64,000 nt of DNA from an uncultured Treponema sp. Lineage in GTDB: Bacteria; Spirochaetota; Spirochaetia; Treponematales; Treponemataceae. Under the pieces are notes generated by a model that saw only the letters and a program-made list of their open reading frames with translations, did no database searches and was not told where the DNA came from. The stretch is from the NCBI GenBank assembly GCA_946411505.1, contig CAMKEG010000009.1, forward strand, positions 18,016 to 82,015, written 5' to 3'. The translations under genes and the position numbers were made by a program. Of the stretch, positions 1-9,114 are shown piece after piece. How positions within the stretch are numbered: the stretch's first letter is position 1; each line of letters opens with the position of its first letter.

Positions 1-1
1 T

Positions 2-1036
2 CCGGCGCGCCTCTTGCAGTCATACGCGGTTTTAATCAGCGTTTCGCTTTACTTGGGATTTTTTTGCGCGCTAAAGCTCTTGCCTAAATTCTACAACTTG
101 CTGCCGCATGACAGGGGCCGCGAGTTCGCGCTTGCGTCGACCAGCGAGGCGGCCAAGGGAAAGCCTACCGGCGCCGGCGTTGTCTTCATAAGCTTTTTTG
201 TTTTGGTTTGCCTTTTGTGCGTTCCGATGACAGGCTTGGAATTGGCCGCCGTCGCGTTCACTTGGCTTACGATGCTTAGCGGCTTTTTGGACGACCGAAG
301 CGTCACCTCGTGGGGCGAATATTTAAAGGGAGCGCTTGACTTGATTTTGAGCGCGGCCTTTACCGCCATCATGTATTATTTTCTTTCTAAGTTTTCGGAA
401 GACGGCGCGGTGCGCTTTTGGTTCCCCTTTGTGACAAATCCAGTCGCGATTCCATTTTGGCTTTACATGATTGTCGGAACGGTTTTGCTTTGGACTTCGA
501 TTAATACGACCAACTGCACTGACGGCGTTGACGGCCTTTCTTCGACGTTGATTCTTGTGGCGCTGATGGCGCTTGGAATTATTTTCTACGTCGTTCTTGG
601 CCACGTTGACATTGCAAAGTATTTGCTGGTTCCGCACTTAAAGACGGGAGCGGCCTGGGGCATCATGACTTTCGCGATGGCCGGAACGCTGATGGGCTAC
701 TTGTGGCACAACGCCTTTCCCAGCTCCGTTTTGATGGGAGACGCCGGAAGCCGCGCGCTGGGCTTTTTTATCGGAGCCTGCGTTTTGGTTACGGGGAATC
801 CCTTTATCCTTATCGCGACAAGCCTTGTGATTTTGCTGAACGGCGGAACGGGCCTCATAAAAGTTGCGCTCTTGCGCTTCTTTAAGATTAAGATTTTCTC
901 GAACGTGCGCTTCCCCTTGCACGACCACGTGCGAAAAAATCTTGGCTGGTCTCCAACCCAGGTCTTGCTTAAGTTTTTAATCATCCAGCTTTTGGTCACA
1001 ATCTTTACGCTGGGAATCTTCTTTAAAATCCGCTAG
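2..1036 (+). CDS. mraY: Phospho-N-acetylmuramoyl-pentapeptide transferase (MraY), probably 5'-partial
   Basis: Multi-TM protein with NCTDGVDGLS, MGDAGS and PLHDH motifs. The frame is open from position 2, so the true start probably lies before the window. Confidence 0.85.
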   Translation, partial: PARLLQSYAVLISVSLYLGFFCALKLLPKFYNLLPHDRGREFALASTSEAAKGKPTGAGVVFISFFVLVCLLCVPMTGLELAAVAFTWLTMLSGFLDDRSVTSWGEYLKGALDLILSAAFTAIMYYFLSKFSEDGAVRFWFPFVTNPVAIPFWLYMIVGTVLLWTSINTTNCTDGVDGLSSTLILVALMALGIIFYVVLGHVDIAKYLLVPHLKTGAAWGIMTFAMAGTLMGYLWHNAFPSSVLMGDAGSRALGFFIGACVLVTGNPFILIATSLVILLNGGTGLIKVALLRFFKIKIFSNVRFPLHDHVRKNLGWSPTQVLLKFLIIQLLVTIFTLGIFFKIR

Positions 1037-1037
1037 C

Positions 1038-1067
1038 GGCTAGCGGCAATAAAATCGAAAGCAAGCC
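1038..1067 (+). repeat. Partial copy of the intergenic REP-like repeat
   Basis: GGCTAGCGGCAATAAAATCGAAAGCAAGCC matches the reverse complement of 38019-38048 at 27/30 nt. Both copies directly follow a stop codon. Confidence 0.7.
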
Positions 1068-1120
1068 TAAGCCTGCGGCGACAAAAACGGCTAGAAAGCC
1101 TAAAAGTGTCGCCGCCGTTG

Positions 1121-2461
1121 TCATTCAATTCCAAACAAAAGCGCGAGCGTCTTTGCGTCGCGCGTCATGTTGCTGATGACGCAGTATTCGTTGGGCATGT
1201 GCGCGGTCTCGTCAAGGCTGCTCCACACAACGCAATCGTAGCCAAGGTTGCGGAGTTCGGCGGCGACAGTTCCGCCTCCAATTCCGATTGTCTTTGCTTC
1301 TATTCCATGCGCCTCTTTTATGGCGGAAGCTAGCGCCTTGACGACCGGAGCGTTTTTGTCGGTGGCCTTGGACTGCGCGTTTTGCAAAAGCTGGAACGAA
1401 ACCTTGGCGCCCGAAACTTCTTCCTCTTTCGCGACAATCTTTTTTATCTCTTCCAAAATTTCTTCATTTTTATAGCGCGGAAGAACGCGGCAATCAAAGC
1501 AAAAAACGTCGCTTCCCGGAATTATGTTCACGCCCGCAACGTTCGCGTCGCGCTTAGTCGGCTCAAAGGTGCAAGTGGCAGGCTCAAACAAATCGTCCCT
1601 TGCGTCAAACCTTTTATGCAGGCCCTCGTAAAGCGCGACGCTCAAACGGTTGGCGGCAAGGCAAGCGTTGAGTCCTTCGTCTGGCCTGGAGCCGTGGCAC
1701 TGCTTTCCGCGGACGGTGAACTCAAGCCACAAGACGTTTTTTTCGGCGACTTCGATTGTTTGGCCAAGAGGATCGCCGCCGTCGGGGATTACAAAAAAGT
1801 CGTTTTTGCTAAAAAGGTCCGGGTGGTTTTTTAAGAGCCAAATCATTCCGTACTTGCTTCCGACTTCCTCGTCGGCCGCGAACAAAAGTTTTATCGTCCG
1901 CTCCGGCTGAACCTTGTTGGCCACAAAGGCCCAGGCGGCGGCGAAGGCCGAGCACAAGCCCTGCTGGTTGTCTTCTACGCCGCGGCCAAAAAGCTTTCCG
2001 TCCTTTTCCACTACTGTCCACGGATCGGTCTTCCAGTCGGCCAAGTTTCCGACCGGAACCACGTCCATGTGCGCGATGACCCAAATCGCGCCGGAACTTT
2101 GATTGTTCGCAAGACTAGAACTGGCGGCGCCGGAAGCCCCAGAACTGTCGCAAGCCAAAGAAGCGCCGGAATCGTTCGCAAGCCCAAGACTGCCGGCGGC
2201 GACGGACTGCTTCTTTCCCGGAATTGTCGCGATTAAGTTGGGTCGCCTTCCGTGCAAGGCGCGGCTGTCCGGCGCGTCAAAGCGCTCCAAGTTTGTTATT
2301 CCGTGGGCGCGCAAAAATTCTTCCAATGCCGCGCACTTTTCCCATTCGCCGTCGCCGCCGTTTTCCGGGGCCAGCGCTTTATGCGATGTCAAAAGTTTTT
2401 GCAGCGCGACGCATTCGTCCGCGCTGTTTTCTATGAATTTAAGAAGGTCTGATTTGTTCAT
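1121..2461 (-). CDS. M20 family metallohydrolase (DapE/ArgE-like) with a low-complexity in-frame insertion
   Basis: AHMDVVP, GRGVEDNQQG, DEEVGS and ETAH motifs, with a Ser/Ala/Gly-rich insert after 'TIPGKK'. Confidence 0.88.
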   Translation of the reverse strand: MNKSDLLKFIENSADECVALQKLLTSHKALAPENGGDGEWEKCAALEEFLRAHGITNLERFDAPDSRALHGRRPNLIATIPGKKQSVAAGSLGLANDSGASLACDSSGASGAASSSLANNQSSGAIWVIAHMDVVPVGNLADWKTDPWTVVEKDGKLFGRGVEDNQQGLCSAFAAAWAFVANKVQPERTIKLLFAADEEVGSKYGMIWLLKNHPDLFSKNDFFVIPDGGDPLGQTIEVAEKNVLWLEFTVRGKQCHGSRPDEGLNACLAANRLSVALYEGLHKRFDARDDLFEPATCTFEPTKRDANVAGVNIIPGSDVFCFDCRVLPRYKNEEILEEIKKIVAKEEEVSGAKVSFQLLQNAQSKATDKNAPVVKALASAIKEAHGIEAKTIGIGGGTVAAELRNLGYDCVVWSSLDETAHMPNEYCVISNMTRDAKTLALLFGIE

Positions 2462-2498
2462 AGGGCTATACTAGCGCTAAAACGCTGACGGCGCAAGA

Positions 2499-2806
2499 TT
2501 ATTTTTTGTTGAACCAATGCATAAGAAAATGCGCGAACTTTAAGTTTGCAATCATAAGGACAAAGGCGGCGAAAATGCAAATTATGGTCACGGCGTTGAA
2601 CGTAATGAGCTTAGCGCGCTTGTAAATGATCGCGGTGCTTATGGGCAGGCAAAGCGCGCCGTGTTAAAGTCTCGGTAAGGGGCCGTGACTTTTGGAAAGT
2701 CTCAAACAAGTCGGGGGGTCTTTTTAAAGAATCGGCCAAAGCCGATTCTCTCTTCCATGTCGTGAAAAATAAAAATGATTGGCAATAGCAGAATGTAGTC
2801 TTTCAT
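2499..2806 (-). pseudogene. Disrupted HXXEE-domain membrane protein
   Basis: Manual translation from ATG 2806 gives MKDYILLLPIIFIFHDMEERIGFG..., then an in-frame TGA, then FPKVTAPYRDFNT. A hydrophobic C-terminal segment (..LCLPISTAIIY..HFLMHWFNKK*) lies in another frame. Not in the ORF track. Confidence 0.65.
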
Positions 2807-2812
2807 TGTTCC

Positions 2813-3619
2813 TTAAAGCAAGTTTTTAAAAACTTTCGTGATTTTTGATTCTCCGTTCCGCTTCCAGATAAACTGAACGTCGCTTCCGACCGCGGGCGCT
2901 TTTTCCAAGCCGTCGGCCTTTGCGGGAATCAAAAGCTCCCAGTAGCGGACATAAAAAGCGCCGTCCTTGATTGATTCGACAACGCCCAAGCGCTGCTCAA
3001 AAATTTGCATGAAGCCTTCCTGGACTTTTACCTTGCGGTAGGAGGGAAATTCCTTGTTGATTTCTTGCAGGCGCTTTTGGTCTTCGAGCTTTTTAAAGTC
3101 TGGGCTTTCGATGATTCGTCCTTTGATTTTTGAAAAGCCGTCGTTTAAGGGGAGGCACATTATCGCGTCAAAGGAATTTCCTTCCGCGTCGGTGACGCCA
3201 AAGTCCGAAGCGCGCTTAAAGCCAAAGCGTGGGTAGTAGTTGGGCTCTCCGATTACGACAATGCCCGCGACGCCCGCTTTTTTTGCCGCCTCGATTGACT
3301 CTCGCATAAGGGCGCCGCCAATGTCGTTTCCTTCAAGCGTTGGCTCCACCGCAAGCGGGCCAAAGGTTACGACCTCATGCCGCGCGCTTCCGTCGTCAAT
3401 CCAAGCGCGCGTGTAGTAAACCGCTCCGACGATTTTTTTGTCAAGCTCGGCCACGCGGCTCAATTGCGGAAGATAGTCGTTGGACTCGCGAATGATTCTG
3501 ACAAGGAAATGCTCGCTGCAGCCCGGCCAATACTTGTTCCAAAAGCTTCGCATTGTCATAAGCTCCGTGTCTTTATAGTCGGTGGGTCTTTCTTGTCGAA
3601 TGATTAGGTTTTTTAGCAT
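2813..3619 (-). CDS. GNAT family N-acetyltransferase (YhbS-like)
   Basis: FGPLAVEP..GNDIGGALM and GEPNYYPRFGF GNAT motifs. Confidence 0.88.
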   Translation of the reverse strand: MLKNLIIRQERPTDYKDTELMTMRSFWNKYWPGCSEHFLVRIIRESNDYLPQLSRVAELDKKIVGAVYYTRAWIDDGSARHEVVTFGPLAVEPTLEGNDIGGALMRESIEAAKKAGVAGIVVIGEPNYYPRFGFKRASDFGVTDAEGNSFDAIMCLPLNDGFSKIKGRIIESPDFKKLEDQKRLQEINKEFPSYRKVKVQEGFMQIFEQRLGVVESIKDGAFYVRYWELLIPAKADGLEKAPAVGSDVQFIWKRNGESKITKVFKNLL

Positions 3620-4044
3620 GATGCAGTTCCATCCACTTTGTACATTATTCTTAGGCGCTGCGCCTCGTTTGCTTCAAAGCCGAATTTTTGGTAAAAGGGA
3701 ATCTTGTCCGGCATCGCGCAAAGTTCCACAAAGATTTGCGTGCCCGGCGTTCCGTTTGCGTCGATGTATTTTAGAATCTCTTGAATCAAAATTTTTCCCA
3801 AGCCTTTCTTTTGCCAGTCGGGGTGAACGACGACGTCCTTTATGTAATAGCACAAGCCCTTGTCGCCAATCGCCCGCGCCATCGCCACGATTTTCTCTCC
3901 GTCAAAAACCGAAACGCGGAATAGCGTGTTCTTCATCGCAAGCGCCGTTTGCTCCAGCGTCGGCGGCTCTCCCCAAACCGATTCCCAAAGATAGCGGAAC
4001 TGCTCCGCGGTAAGTTCGTTGTGTTTTATCGTAAAGGTGGACAT
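3613..4044 (-). CDS. GNAT family N-acetyltransferase
   Basis: YIKDVVVHPDWQKKGLGK acetyl-CoA motif and PFYQKFGF. Confidence 0.9.
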   Translation of the reverse strand: MSTFTIKHNELTAEQFRYLWESVWGEPPTLEQTALAMKNTLFRVSVFDGEKIVAMARAIGDKGLCYYIKDVVVHPDWQKKGLGKILIQEILKYIDANGTPGTQIFVELCAMPDKIPFYQKFGFEANEAQRLRIMYKVDGTASC

Positions 4045-4089
4045 GAGGGAAGTATAGCGGATTTTTTTGGTTTTGGAAAGCCAAGTTTT

Positions 4090-5412
4090 TTACAAAAACA
4101 TTGCCATGTAAAATGGAATGAATGTTATGCCGCTTTCTGTCTTTAAGTCTTTGCCGCAAATGACATATTGTTTTGAAACTTGCTTTGAATATTTATTGCA
4201 GAATAAGTCAAGCGAACGGTGGCTCTTATATACAGAGGATTTTACTTCTAGAGGGATGATTTTCTTTCCGTCAGGAATCATAAAGTCTATCTCGTGATGG
4301 TCAAAGTTATGGAAAAATAATTCGTATCCTTTTGAGCGAAGAATTTGCGCAATCGCATTTTCAAAAATCATGCCTAGATTTATATTTATTTTGTCTACAA
4401 TAAGTTGTTTGTAAATTGATTCTTGTATCGGCTGATTTGAATTCATGAAAATTTGCGTTGTCAACAAGCCGGTGTCTCCCATAAAAATTTTTTGGCAAGA
4501 AATATCTTTGTTGAGCGCAAAGGCAAAATTTGGATCGGAGCAATTGTTCGCAATGTTTACTATCATTGAATCTTTTATCGCTTCAAATGAATTATAGTTT
4601 CTGGAAACTCTTGCGTTTTTTCCTAGCGCTGTCGCTTTAAATAGCCTTGAGTGAGATGACAGTTCGGACGGAACCGCGTCAAAAATCAATGAAGTGGAAA
4701 GATTGTATGTTGTGTCCAGTTTTTTCAAATCGTTATGGTAAAGTTGAATGATGTCGCGCTTAATTTCATCCACTCTAGAATAATCGTTTGTGTCTAGAAG
4801 TTCCGCAACCGCCTGCGGCATTCCGCCCACCGCCATATATAGGCGAAATTTTTTTATTATGGTTCTATGAACGGCATCGCCCAACGGCTTTTTGCGCAAA
4901 AAATTTTCGCGGATTAGTTCTATTGTAATGTCATCGCCTTTTGCCCATAGAAATTCCTCAAAATCCATTGGGTACATGTTTATGGTTTTTTCTTCGCTGG
5001 GGATGAGGATTTTTTCCACATTTTGCCTAAGCGTTATCAGGGAGCCTGTTTCCATATAATGAAAGCGGCCGTCCGCCACAAGCTGCTTTATTGACTGGCG
5101 GGCAAGCGGAAAAAGTTGAACTTCATCAAAAACTATTAGGCTTTTATGCGGAACAAGTTTTTTTCCGTAAATGAGCGAAAGGCTTCTGGAAAAATTGTCT
5201 AAATCGGACAAGTCTTCAAACAAGCCTTTGACTTTTGCCAAGTCGGTTTGAAAATTTATTAAAACATACGTTTCGTATTCGTTTTTTGCAAATTCTTCGA
5301 CAATGGTGGACTTGCCTATGCGCCGCGCGCCTTGCACAAGAAGAGCCCTTTTGTCCGCCCAGTTTTCTTTCCAGTTTTTGAACTGCTCGTATATTTTGCG
5401 TTTAAAAGCCAT
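4090..5412 (-). CDS. COG1373-type AAA+ ATPase with C-terminal DUF4143 (PD-(D/E)XK-like) domain, paralog 1
   Basis: Walker A GARRIGKS, Walker B IVFDEVQ, GGMPQAV, and C-terminal EIDFMI..IPLEVKS. AT-rich. Confidence 0.88.
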   Translation of the reverse strand: MAFKRKIYEQFKNWKENWADKRALLVQGARRIGKSTIVEEFAKNEYETYVLINFQTDLAKVKGLFEDLSDLDNFSRSLSLIYGKKLVPHKSLIVFDEVQLFPLARQSIKQLVADGRFHYMETGSLITLRQNVEKILIPSEEKTINMYPMDFEEFLWAKGDDITIELIRENFLRKKPLGDAVHRTIIKKFRLYMAVGGMPQAVAELLDTNDYSRVDEIKRDIIQLYHNDLKKLDTTYNLSTSLIFDAVPSELSSHSRLFKATALGKNARVSRNYNSFEAIKDSMIVNIANNCSDPNFAFALNKDISCQKIFMGDTGLLTTQIFMNSNQPIQESIYKQLIVDKININLGMIFENAIAQILRSKGYELFFHNFDHHEIDFMIPDGKKIIPLEVKSSVYKSHRSLDLFCNKYSKQVSKQYVICGKDLKTESGITFIPFYMAMFL

Positions 5413-5417
5413 AAGTT

Positions 5418-5447
5418 ATTATATGCACAAATATTAAGGTTTGTAAA
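5418..5447 (-). promoter_or_regulatory. Sigma70-like promoter of AAA paralog 1 (near-leaderless)
   Basis: TTTACA (5447-5442), 18 nt, then TATAAT (5423-5418), 5 nt before the ATG. The -35 lies inside the gene-proximal repeat. Confidence 0.55.
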
Positions 5448-5513
5448 GTGGAATTTTGCACAAATATTGAGATTTTTAAATGCGAAAGTTGCACAAATAT
5501 TGAGGTTTTTAAA
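5424..5513. repeat. Three direct repeats of a 24-bp box with a 33-bp period upstream of AAA paralog 1
   Basis: TGCACAAATATT(A/G)AG(G/A)TTT(G/T)TAAA starts at 5424, 5457 and 5490, with 9-nt variable spacers. Confidence 0.95.
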
Positions 5514-5534
5514 TAATATTTCATGATTTCTATA

Positions 5535-5562
5535 AAAAAAGGCTTTCACGAAGAAAGCCTTT
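5535..5562 (-). terminator. Rho-independent terminator downstream of the XRE-HTH gene
   Basis: Stem AGGCTTTC-ACGAA-GAAAGCCT flanked by an A7 run (a U-tract on the minus strand). Confidence 0.65.
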
Positions 5563-5675
5563 GTAAGACTGTTTTCAGTCTTGTTTTGAATCGTCCACGA
5601 AGCAGGACCACTCTATAATTAGGTATAGCATAAAATTGAGTTTTGTCAAGAAAAAATGATGTGAAGCTTAAAAAA

Positions 5676-6005
5676 TTATTCCGCTTCAATTTCTTTAAGG
5701 CTGGTTTCAATAAATCGGCGAAGGTTTTCTACAATGTTGGCTTTAATTTGTTTTTTATCGTCGGAAAGTTTTTTGTCAAAGGTTGAAGAAACGGGAAGAA
5801 ATAGAGTGTGAATGTCAATTTTCAGTGCTTCAGTCAATTGAGCGAGTGTTTTTTCGCTTGTCCAGGTTTTGCAAAGCTCAATGTTTTTGATTGTTTCATC
5901 TGATATGCTAGCCTTTTCCGCAAGTTCAAATTGAGTGAGTTTTTGAGCTTTTCTTACACGTTTTAAGTTTTCTGCCAATCGTTTTTGAATTTCCGAGTCT
6001 TTCAT
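5676..6005 (-). CDS. XRE-family helix-turn-helix transcriptional regulator
   Basis: LKRVRKAQKLTQFELAEKASIS..IKNIE HTH_3 pattern. Start set at MKDSEIQ (ATG 6005). Confidence 0.85.
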   Translation of the reverse strand: MKDSEIQKRLAENLKRVRKAQKLTQFELAEKASISDETIKNIELCKTWTSEKTLAQLTEALKIDIHTLFLPVSSTFDKKLSDDKKQIKANIVENLRRFIETSLKEIEAE

Positions 6006-6137
6006 ATCTAAAATGAATTTTAAAGGCAATTTGGAATAATAAAAATATCTTGTTAAACCATATTTATGTAAAAATGGGTTGTAAATTTGGATTTTATGTG
6101 TTATAATAAGCCATATTTTTATAAAAGGGGGTATGAG

Positions 6138-6593
6138 GTGAAAGTTTTTTTAATAAAATATGTTTGTTGCGTGGCTCTTCTTTTTAGCGGCTTGGCTTCG
6201 ATATGGGCGTCTCCTTGGGGGGATGAGGTAATGGTCGATGAGCGAATAAACGGAGTTCGCTTTTACTGTGCTTATAGCGATGCCTCAAACAAGACTTTGG
6301 TTGTGGGTGATGCAGCAGCGATTGTGAGTATGTATCTTCCAACAAGAGGAATTATGGGCATTATCCCGTTCAAGAAAGTTTCTGATGCAACTACCTTTGT
6401 GTCATGTTATAAAATGCTTGCAGATAGTGCTGGGAAACTTTCATTCGAAAGAGTTGGGCATATGGAGGAAGTTCTCTTGAAAGCTTTAGGAGATGTCAAA
6501 TATACAGAACCGAAGCCTATGCAAGGGGAGGTTGTGTTTGCTACGACTATGTGCGAGCATTTGGATTTTTCAAGGGCGGGAAATCCGAAATGA
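6138..6593 (+). CDS. Hypothetical exported protein
   Basis: Open frame with a probable GTG start after a purine-rich SD-like sequence and a signal-peptide-like N-terminus (FLIKYVCCVALLFSGLASIWA). The start is uncertain. Confidence 0.55.
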   Translation: MKVFLIKYVCCVALLFSGLASIWASPWGDEVMVDERINGVRFYCAYSDASNKTLVVGDAAAIVSMYLPTRGIMGIIPFKKVSDATTFVSCYKMLADSAGKLSFERVGHMEEVLLKALGDVKYTEPKPMQGEVVFATTMCEHLDFSRAGNPK

Positions 6594-6617
6594 CGAGTAA
6601 TCTGTCAAAAGGAAAAA

Positions 6618-7544
6618 ATGAGAATAGAATTGCCTGAAATTGGCGTGTCAAATATCCTGGACGGCTTTAATAATGTTTACGGACTCAATGGTTTTGCTTC
6701 AAAATTGTCAAAGGTTGAATTAGATAAAACGCGTTTGTATAGGTATGTCAAGCTTGAACAATTCAAAGAAAATGTAAAATCTAATGAACTTGTTTTTGTT
6801 TCTCCTGTTTTATGGGAAGATAAGTATGAGAGGCGTTTTTTGTTCACAGATTATTCTTCCCTAAACTTTCAACAGGGAAAAATACGTTGCATGTGCATAA
6901 CGAATGAACCGTATTATGGCGAGGAAGCGTGTTGGAAGAGTTATAGTTGGAAGGAAGTGGAATTTGAGTGTAAAGATGGTAAAAAAGAGTGTAAAATTAT
7001 GCGAAATAAAGAAATGGTTCGTTTAACTTTTAATCTTGGAGAGTTATTATCGACTTTAGATGATTTTTTTAAGGACTCGCGCGCAAAAATATATATAGGC
7101 GAAACAATATATGGGCTTGAAGTAATTGAAATAAATAACCTTCATCGTGAAGGGAAGGAATTCCATGATGTTTTCTTTCCCAAAAAATTTGATGTTGAAA
7201 ATTATCTTTCACTTATGCTTATAAAGCGAAAAGCCTTTTCTTATGAAAATGAGATACGAATCTTTATTTATTATGGCGAAGAAGCCGGAAAAATTGAAAA
7301 AAGTAGAAATAAAAAATATAATGAAGAAGAAAAAGAAAAATTGCTTGAGAGAATTCCAGTGACTTATAAAAACATTGTTTCTGAAGTTCGAACTTCGCCT
7401 TTTTTAACTGATGTTGAGCATGAAAATCAGAAAAATGAACTTTCAAAATATTTTTCAGAAAATAGCATTGTTAGATCAAAATTATATTCAAGCGGCTGGG
7501 AATTAAAATCTGTTTCTTGCGATGAAACCAAGAAAAAACTTTAG
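6618..7544 (+). CDS. DUF2971-like domain protein
   Basis: LYRYV..F, SPVLWEDKYE, CWKSY and KRKAFSYENEIRI resemble DUF2971 motifs. AT-rich. Confidence 0.6.
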   Translation: MRIELPEIGVSNILDGFNNVYGLNGFASKLSKVELDKTRLYRYVKLEQFKENVKSNELVFVSPVLWEDKYERRFLFTDYSSLNFQQGKIRCMCITNEPYYGEEACWKSYSWKEVEFECKDGKKECKIMRNKEMVRLTFNLGELLSTLDDFFKDSRAKIYIGETIYGLEVIEINNLHREGKEFHDVFFPKKFDVENYLSLMLIKRKAFSYENEIRIFIYYGEEAGKIEKSRNKKYNEEEKEKLLERIPVTYKNIVSEVRTSPFLTDVEHENQKNELSKYFSENSIVRSKLYSSGWELKSVSCDETKKKL

Positions 7545-7577
7545 GAACACTCTCTCGTTTTCAGCCGTTTTGCGCCC

Positions 7578-8900
7578 TTACAAAAACATCGCCATAAAAT
7601 GCGGAAGGGAGATTTTCTTTTCGTTGGCTCCGATGTTTCCGTCGATAAGTTTTATGGCGTATTTGGATTCAAAACGTTCCATAAAATTATTGAGGGATGG
7701 CGTTGACGTGTTTCCGGACTTCACTTCCACTGGAATCACGCCGCCGTCTTTTTCTATTATGAATTCAATTTCCATTTGGGAATTTTCGGTTTTATAATAG
7801 TGAAGGGAATGTCCGTTCTTTATTAGAATTTCGGAGACCAGGTTTTCGTAAATTCCGCCTTTGGCGTTGCCCAAAATTTTGTTTGTCATTACCGCAAGCT
7901 TTGTTTCCGCGCCGTATCTTGCCATCAAAAGCCCGGTGTCGTTGTAGTAAATTTTAAACTCGTTTTCTTTTTCGTTGGCTTTTAAGGGCAGCCGCGGCTC
8001 GTAAACGTTTCGGCAAACATTCACCATGTTTGAATCTTCAAGCCACATTACGCTGTCGGAATATTTGCGGGCGGTTGATTTTTTTTCCACTTCGGAATAT
8101 TTGAATTTTTTGTTTTCTTTTGCAAGCTGTCGCGGAACGCTGTCGTAGCACTTGCGGACTTTTACTTTTTCCACGCCTGTCGCATGGTTCGCGATGTCGT
8201 CGTCATAAGACGAAAGTATTTTTTCCTGAATCTGCTGGACTCGTCCAAAATCTTTTCGCGCCGCAAAGTCCGCGACAACTTCCGGCATTCCGCCCACTAT
8301 GATATATTCCTTTAAAATGTTCCTAAACTTTTCATTTATGTCGTCGGGAATTTTTTCTTGCTTGTCGTAAAAGGATTTTAAATATTCAATGTCGCTGTCT
8401 TTGTATCCGTAAGCCCAAAGAAATTCTTTAAAGTCAAGAGAATGCATGACAAGCTGCCGCTCATATCCAACAGGAATTGACTCAACTTCCTCAACTTCGG
8501 TGTCCGCGTCCTGCCCGTAATGAAGACCCAAAAGCGAGCCGGAAGCGATTACGTCATAGCGGTTGTCTTCCGCCAAAAATTTTAGCGAGGTTCGGGCTTT
8601 TGCGCATTTTTGTATTTCGTCAAGAAAAATGAGCGAGTTTCCTTTTAATAAGTTTTCTTTTGGAAAATGAATGGAAATTCGTTTGTAGATTTCTTCCGCG
8701 GAAAGTTCGCCTTCAAAAATCGATTTGAGGCTTGGTTTTTGCATGAAATTTATTTCAATAAATGTTTTATACTCTTTTTTGCCGAATTCGCGAACGATAT
8801 AAGTTTTTCCAATCTGGCGCGCGCCTTTAATTAAGAGACACTCTTTGCTTTTTGTCCGCTTCCACTTTAGAAGGTCGTCATAAGCTTTTCTTCGCAACAT
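7578..8900 (-). CDS. COG1373-type AAA+ ATPase with C-terminal DUF4143 domain, paralog 2
   Basis: Walker A GARQIGKT, Walker B IFLDEIQ, GGMPEVV, and C-terminal EIEFII..IPVEVKSG. It is 440 aa like paralog 1 and ends in the same (F)..FMAMFL-type motif. Confidence 0.88.
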   Translation of the reverse strand: MLRRKAYDDLLKWKRTKSKECLLIKGARQIGKTYIVREFGKKEYKTFIEINFMQKPSLKSIFEGELSAEEIYKRISIHFPKENLLKGNSLIFLDEIQKCAKARTSLKFLAEDNRYDVIASGSLLGLHYGQDADTEVEEVESIPVGYERQLVMHSLDFKEFLWAYGYKDSDIEYLKSFYDKQEKIPDDINEKFRNILKEYIIVGGMPEVVADFAARKDFGRVQQIQEKILSSYDDDIANHATGVEKVKVRKCYDSVPRQLAKENKKFKYSEVEKKSTARKYSDSVMWLEDSNMVNVCRNVYEPRLPLKANEKENEFKIYYNDTGLLMARYGAETKLAVMTNKILGNAKGGIYENLVSEILIKNGHSLHYYKTENSQMEIEFIIEKDGGVIPVEVKSGNTSTPSLNNFMERFESKYAIKLIDGNIGANEKKISLPHFMAMFL

Positions 8901-8906
8901 GTATAT

Positions 8907-8935
8907 ATATTACAAGGAATTGCGGTTTTTTTCAA
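8907..8935 (-). promoter_or_regulatory. Sigma70-like promoter of AAA paralog 2 (near-leaderless)
   Basis: TTGAAA (8935-8930), 17 nt, then TAATAT (8912-8907), 6 nt before the ATG. Confidence 0.55.
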
Positions 8936-8938
8936 GCA

Positions 8939-9024
8939 AAAAATGCATATTTTTGGACTATTAAATGCGTTAAAAATGCATATTTTTGGACCAATAAATG
9001 CATTAAAAATGCATATTTTTGGAC
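8939..9024. repeat. Three direct repeats of a 20-bp box with a 33-bp period upstream of AAA paralog 2
   Basis: AAAAATGCATATTTTTGGAC is identical at 8939, 8972 and 9005. The spacers TATTAAATGCGTT and CAATAAATGCATT are also similar. Confidence 0.95.
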
Positions 9025-9065
9025 AGTGTAGCGGCTCTTTTTGTACCAGTCAATAACTTCCTCTT

Positions 9066-9114
9066 AAAAATGACAAAAATGCCCCTGAAAATCCTTTGAA
9101 AAATGACAAAAATG
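9066..9114. repeat. Two direct repeats of a 16-bp box with a 33-bp period at the start of the AAA remnant
   Basis: AAAAATGACAAAAATG occurs at 9066 and 9099. Confidence 0.85.

Noticed and set aside
5424-5513. 33-bp-period arrays as mini-CRISPRs
   Set aside because: The spacers are only 9-17 nt and partly conserved, there are just 2-3 units, and there are no cas genes. They are kept as operator-like repeats instead.
5316-5549. ORFs with 11-aa repeats (FKNLNICA...) and similar ORFs near 9003-9383
   Set aside because: These are by-products of the 33-bp repeats lying over promoter regions. They have no SD and overlap real genes.
6087-7577. Integron cassette array like that of T. denticola
   Set aside because: The intergenic gaps are too short (24 nt and 33 nt), and I found no RYYYAAC...GTTRRRY attC structure.
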